A stretch of 63,252 nt of DNA, the filler included, from Licmophora abbreviata (lineage: Eukaryota): the NCBI GenBank assembly GCA_900291995.1. It is 12 parts of 12 records of this genome, joined end to end, with 100 filler letters (N's around TTAATTAATTAA, not from the genome) between each part and the next. Parts side by side here need not be neighbours in the genome. Positions count along the whole stretch, not along the records: positions 58,045 to 60,122 come from OLMU01001650.1; positions 60,223 to 61,876 come from OLMU01001652.1; positions 61,977 to 63,252 come from OLMU01001658.1; 9 more parts are not named here. One strand, written 5' to 3'. Position numbers and translations under genes: made by a program. Below are positions 58,174 to 63,252 of this stretch, one piece after another (within the stretch, counting starts at the first letter, position 1; each line of letters starts with the position of its first letter). Below the pieces are notes generated by a model that did no database searches, was not told the DNA's origin, and saw only the letters and a list, made by a program, of their open reading frames with translations.

Positions 58174-58843
58174 ACGATCCACCCATCGTGCATGCGACGT
58201 GGGCCCCCGACGATCCGGAAATCGACTTGACGGCCAGTAGCCCTGCTCCGTTCTCGCAAGCCTTGGACAACCCACCGCCGATAGCGACGCATGCAGTGGC
58301 CGCTTCGGCTCCTCCCGCCATGGCGGGTACTACGACAACGACCACGACATACACGATTCCTCCTCAACAGCAACACCAACAACAAAATTCCCAGTCTGCA
58401 CCCGCCGCTGTCCATCACGGAAACTATGGTCGGTACGACTCACGGCTCGTTTTACAACATAGTGGAGCCGATCTATTCAAGCTTCCTCTCTCACTTGCCT
58501 CTTACCCTTTCTTCAACACAAAACAGAAACTCCACTGGAACGAAATGCCCCTTCTGCCAAACTCAGATGGTCACTCGTACTCGCGATCGCAGCGATGTTG
58601 TGACGATTCTGGCCATGCTCTTGATTCTCCTCATATTTTGGCCTCTATTTTGGTTGCCCTTGTGCATTCCTGCGGTACGCCATGTCCCTCCGTCTTGTCT
58701 TGGCGACAGAGCGACAGTATCAATCTGACTCACGGGTGTGCTTTTGTCGGTTCATTTTTATTATGTTATTGTAGTGCAAGACGACGGATCACTATTGCTC
58801 CAACTGCAACCGCAAAGTCGGAAGCGCGGCGCCTTGTTCGTAG
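58174..58843 (+). CDS. LITAF-like zinc-ribbon protein; first exon uncertain
   Basis: Pro/Gln-rich region, then CPFC...hydrophobic FWPLFWLPLCIPA...HYCSNC. Introns 58433-58526 and 58675-58774; stop 58841-58843. Possible ATG at 58059. Confidence 0.88.
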
Positions 58844-59403
58844 ACGATGTGCCGCCCTGCTGTGGAGGGAAGGAAGCAAAGGAATGTTGTCGGTCTCTGT
58901 TGCGTGATGGACGATGGATGTGCCCATGACGTAACGGGGTTGCGACAAAGGAGCTTGTACTTTTGGCTTGTACCTTGGAGGCGAGGTTACAAGTGGGAAT
59001 TGATTAGTGTAAGAGACAACATACCTCTAGTAGTTTCAGCTACGATTCATATCCATCATCACCTGTGAATGTTCTCGCCGCCTACTTTTGCGTCTGACTG
59101 AATGGTCCTCGAGCAAATCTTGACACTCCTCTCGTAGCAGCAATTCTGCAGCTACGATAAAGAATCATCCAGTCGATCATTTGTGTCCTAGCTATCGACG
59201 AGTGAGTCGAGTCTCATGGCTACGACAGGAATTGCATGATAGAAATAAAAATCACATCATCCTCTAACTCTCTATCCCTATATTTTGTTTGTCGATCTAC
59301 CTGTCTCACGAGCGGGAAACCACGGGCTTACTACAGCTCCAGCAGGAATTCGACGGCCCCATGTCAGTAGTCTATATAGTAGAACCTATTCACGGGCTGC
59401 CTC

Positions 59404-60122
59404 TCAGAACTCGTCGTTTCGCTTTTGTCGTTTCCGATCAGACGATGCCTTTGTCTTGTGTCCAGCGCCAGTGCCTGCTATCCCAGCCAGCCACTTTGCG
59501 ATAGCATCCCCTTTTAGCGCTCGGCCATCGTACCGTATCAGGTCGAAGTCACGATTAGACTGCCATGGTTCATTGCCTTTGCCTTTCGGGACGATCGCTA
59601 CTAACAACGGATACTTCTTGACACCAAACTCTTTTGCCATGTTGAGATTTTTAGCGCGGCTCTCTCCAAACACGAACTGGCTGCGATACTGATAGGAAAG
59701 ACTGAGATACAGTGACGACGTTTCGTATTTCTCCGTCAGCAATAAAATTGCTCCTGCTTTGGATTTGTCGAGCTTTGACACAAGACGATCTTGTATCTGT
59801 TGCACATGATTAATGTTCCGAACAAGATCCTTTGGGATGCTGTCGGTCACAAACTCATGTAAGGCTTTGGCGGAAGGAATTGACCCGTCGGCGTCGAAGA
59901 ACGTTAACTTGTCACCAACCACAACAGCAAACTTGGGCAACGCCTGGAGATCCACATCCTTATTGGCGCAAAACTGCGCCTCGCGTTCATTCTTTCCACA
60001 GTCTACAGCACCCACCTTGAACGTGCCCTTGACCCTTTCTGCGACTGTCTCCACTGCTGGTTTGGCTTCGGCAGATGCATGCGAGTCATTCGAGTAAAAC
60101 ACAACAAGCCAGATATGCTTGC
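59404..60122 (-). CDS. ER-lumen thioredoxin-fold protein (ERdj/PDI-like, non-catalytic Trx domains); 5' part lost in gap
   Basis: WLVVFY...KVGAVDC, AKEFGVKKYPLL, no CxxC in this fragment, C-terminal KDEL-like NDEF*. Confidence 0.75.
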
Positions 60123-60507
60123 NNNNNNNNNNNNNNNNNNNNNNNNNNNNNNNNNNNNNNNNNNNNTTAATTAATTAANNNNNNNNNNNNNNNNNNNNNN
60201 NNNNNNNNNNNNNNNNNNNNNNTTCAGATAACTTCAAATAACTTCAGAGAACTTCGTTTTTAAAAATTATCAATTGTTAGCGAATTCGTAGTATGGAACG
60301 ACAAACAAGGGAGAAAGTCAGAAAGTGGCTCACATTTAACACACACTAGTCGGTAGACGTAGGCGTTCTTTAGAATCAATCTTTTTGCATGGCGTCGAGA
60401 AAGGTTGGAACGGTGCATGTTCACGATGAACACACTTTCAACTTGCCGCGTTCTCCTTTTGTTATCTTCCTTGAAGTGATTGAAAGTGTCTTTTTCCATT
60501 CGCGGCC

Positions 60508-61428
60508 ATGGCTTATTATTATCATCCTTACGACGACCCTTCCAGACCTGCAAGAACTACTGGCCCTTGGGCTGGCCAGTATCCGATGCCTAATGTGCAT
60601 CAGCAACCACCGCACATTCCGAGGGGTGGTCTCCCGCCGCAATCCGCATCGCCTTCGCACCAAGAACTTGCTCCACGCTTCGCCCGCCACGACAGGAGTG
60701 ACCCAATGAGGCTTCTCCTAGAGTTTCATGGAGGGGGACAGATGGTGGATCCGCGGGAGCAGCAGCCTACGAATGCTCTATTTCGTTCGTCGTACAAGCC
60801 GGCGCGCATGCCTATCCACCTCCTACGAGAACAACGTATGGCAGGGTCACCGGGAGAACCTGCTCTTCCAGCATCAGTCCTCAACGAATCAATGGCCGCC
60901 CTATCACAGACGAATCCTACGCTTGTAGCCACTCTTACTGGTATGCGTGGCAGCAATGCTCCATCGCCGTTCGTCCCCCCTCTCCCGGCTCCGTGGATGC
61001 TGGACAACCCTCCCAGAGTCGGTGTGGCATCTTTTGATCCCACTCACCCGTTGAAAGGTGGTGTCGTTGAACCATTCCCCGAGAGGCTCCACCGCATGCT
61101 TTGCGAAGTCGAATTGGCATGTTTGGACGATATCGTCTCCTTTGTCAATGGCGGCACCGCCTTTGAGATTCACGATCCTGATCGCTTCATTGAAGAGATT
61201 GTTCCCCGGTACTTTCGTCAGAGCCGCCTCACTTCCTTCAAACGCCAGCTCAATCTGTACGGCTTCGAGCTACGTTCAAATGGAACTAGACGGATTTGCT
61301 ACGCTCATGAGAATTTCCTCAAGAACCAACCGGGTCTCGCACGCAAGATCCGAAGGAATCCCGCCAAGAAGGCCTCCGTCGAGCGTAAGAAGAAGAACAC
61401 TACGACGAAGGCTTCTCCTGGATTATAG
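60508..61428 (+). CDS. HSF-type DNA-binding transcription factor
   Basis: PFPERLHRML...IVSF...AFEIHDPDRF...PRYFRQSRLTSFKRQLNLYGF...HENF. Confidence 0.92.
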   Translation: MAYYYHPYDDPSRPARTTGPWAGQYPMPNVHQQPPHIPRGGLPPQSASPSHQELAPRFARHDRSDPMRLLLEFHGGGQMVDPREQQPTNALFRSSYKPARMPIHLLREQRMAGSPGEPALPASVLNESMAALSQTNPTLVATLTGMRGSNAPSPFVPPLPAPWMLDNPPRVGVASFDPTHPLKGGVVEPFPERLHRMLCEVELACLDDIVSFVNGGTAFEIHDPDRFIEEIVPRYFRQSRLTSFKRQLNLYGFELRSNGTRRICYAHENFLKNQPGLARKIRRNPAKKASVERKKKNTTTKASPGL

Positions 61429-61976
61429 TCGGCGAATGGAACCGGTACATTCGTCGATGTATCAGCTACGACGCTGTGCGTAGCCTATGCATTTTGCACC
61501 ACTACCCGCGACATTCAGGAGCAGGGGCGAGGAAGGGACATTGCAGCGAAGGTTCATTTGTCAACACGTTGGGTTACTGACTGCTCTTCTGGGGGTGAGA
61601 AGGCATATACTAACAACAACGTAGCAGAAATCGTGTTTTGTGAATCCTTCTTCCTATCTTTGTGACGCAGCGAATGCCAGCACGTAGTGACGCTGCTTGT
61701 AACTCACTCTTGGTGAGGACGTGCTATATCGACCTTGGACGCTAATTCGAGCTATCGGTATCAGATGCAATTTCGGTCCTCAACCGCGTGGTACAGCCGC
61801 GGCTGTTATTGGGTACGAGACGGATATCAAGGCGCGCTCTTTGAGGTCGTTTATCTCATACCTTTCCAGCTTCCCTNNNNNNNNNNNNNNNNNNNNNNNN
61901 NNNNNNNNNNNNNNNNNNNNTTAATTAATTAANNNNNNNNNNNNNNNNNNNNNNNNNNNNNNNNNNNNNNNNNNNN

Positions 61977-62919
61977 CCGTACTGAGCACGGCCTCTGTCG
62001 TGGCCTTGTACGCCGCTAGCGTGAGTGGCGCCGTTTCCGTAGCATACCGCCCTAGTCGGACAACATGCAGCGTGTAGACAAAGGCCGCTGCAATGATCAG
62101 ACAATCGCCCCCCGTAAAGCTGCTGAGCACCGCGTCCAGAATAGACCCGAAGCTTCCGTCGTGCACCATTTCCTTTCCATCCGTTCCCATCACTACAACA
62201 CCAGCAAAGGCTAGGCCACAGGCAGCCCACGTGGGAAGGGGGATCGCACGCAAGTCACCAGCGAATGCAGCCGAGACGAGAGGCACCATCACCGTCGTTA
62301 ATTGGACAAGAAATCCTGCTCGATCCGACGGTACCGTCTTGAGACCCAGTACTTGTAATCCATTTCCTAGAAAAAGATATGTCCCCAGCTCCATGCCACC
62401 TAACGCTGGAATGATGCTATTCGTTCCTGAGTCCTCTGTTGCACTTGACTCACCCTCGTCGAGCGCTTGTGCGCCGGCGCTAGACGAAGTGTTCCAAGTC
62501 ATGAGTCCGAGCAGGGTCAAAGAAGCGACCAAGTAGTATGCAGCGGAAAAGACAAACCCAGGTATCGGTGGCTGGATCTCATACAGATATCTTACAACCG
62601 GAACATAGGTACCCCATGATAGGGGGACTGTCAGCAGCACAAGGATCCCTATGGCCCGCTCTGACGACGCGCCGCCGCTCAGTTGCTCGACGCCGCCTTC
62701 GGAAGATCCATTTTGACCCCTTGCTGATGCGATTATCAAATCTTTCCTCGACGATCCCGGTCGTGATGAAATCACTTGATACACAGAGTCTCTTCTCGTT
62801 CGAGGTGATGCTCGAACGTGGGCAAAGCATGCCGATGATGATGAGAGGGGCGTCGCTGCGACGACAGTTCTGGAAAAGAGAACGAGAAATCCCGTCAAAA
62901 GGATATGCCTTCGCCGCAT
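61977..62919 (-). CDS. EamA/DMT-family transporter, possibly plastid-targeted; 3' end lost in gap
   Basis: Signal-like N-terminus, then LSWGTY, GMELGTYLFLGNGLQVLGL..SDRAGFLVQLTTVMVPL, GDCLIIAAAFVYTLH. Start 62919 or 62997. Confidence 0.85.
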
Positions 62920-63252
62920 GATACGCGTCGAGGCAGTTAAGTGCGATTCGTCATATCGAGGTAACGAGCCGCTCTTGCGACTTGTCCCTTGGCTCATGGC
63001 GGCCAACGCATTGCCAAGAATGGAACCTTCACACACACATCATCATCATCATCGCCGCGGCGGCGTCGCGTCATCATCACACAGAACAGCCGACAAAAAA
63101 GTCGGGCGAGGAGTCGGACTCCTTCGCGCGCGGCGGCGCCCGTAAGGCCACATGTGACATGCTATTATGCTGTGGTCTAGGAATATGGCTCGAAACGGCA
63201 GACTAGGGCATTTTGAAATCGCTGAACGCATCTTAGTCAAAGAAACAATGGT

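Noticed and set aside
1..63252. Prokaryotic systems (CRISPR, defence islands, prophage, operons), transposons, tRNA/rRNA
   Set aside because: The sequence is intron-containing eukaryotic DNA; I recognised no transposase, RT, integrase, repeat-spacer array or structural RNA gene by eye.

Overview
Eukaryotic, gene-dense (~50% GC) nuclear sequence, almost certainly from a diatom, possibly a pennate. Supporting evidence: short GT-AG introns, a homomeric acetyl-CoA carboxylase and a prenyl synthase with signal-peptide + AF bipartite plastid presequences, a diatom-type LRR protein ending CxCCxxCC, and an RXL-type secreted repeat protein. The window is 12 contigs joined by 11 artificial 100-nt linkers (N44-TTAATTAATTAA-N44). 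At least three joins are correctly ordered: ACCase runs colinearly across two and another gene overlaps a third. About 29 protein genes can be modelled. Recognisable ones: LRR protein, DHHC palmitoyltransferase, solanesyl-PP synthase, DUF202, DnaJ, MBOAT, ALG2, ACCase, questin-oxidase-like protein, TPR protein, eIF3c, AP-2 sigma, ARM protein, myosin, LITAF, ER thioredoxin-fold protein, HSF and EamA. The most interesting signal is five predicted type-II membrane (secretory-lumen) modifying enzymes within ~25 kb. These are a JmjC hydroxylase / carbohydrate-type sulfotransferase / JmjC hydroxylase cassette (52691-57609) and two paralogous FHExRCGSTL sulfotransferase-like genes. They may form a hydroxylate-then-sulfate pathway for cell-wall or adhesive polymers; this is inference. 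Also seen: a three-member unknown TM/coiled-coil family, a decayed partial duplicate of the questin-oxidase gene, four apparent single-base-deletion frameshifts (probably sequencing errors), and a haplotype overlap across one gap. All calls come from reading motifs by eye; no database searches were run.
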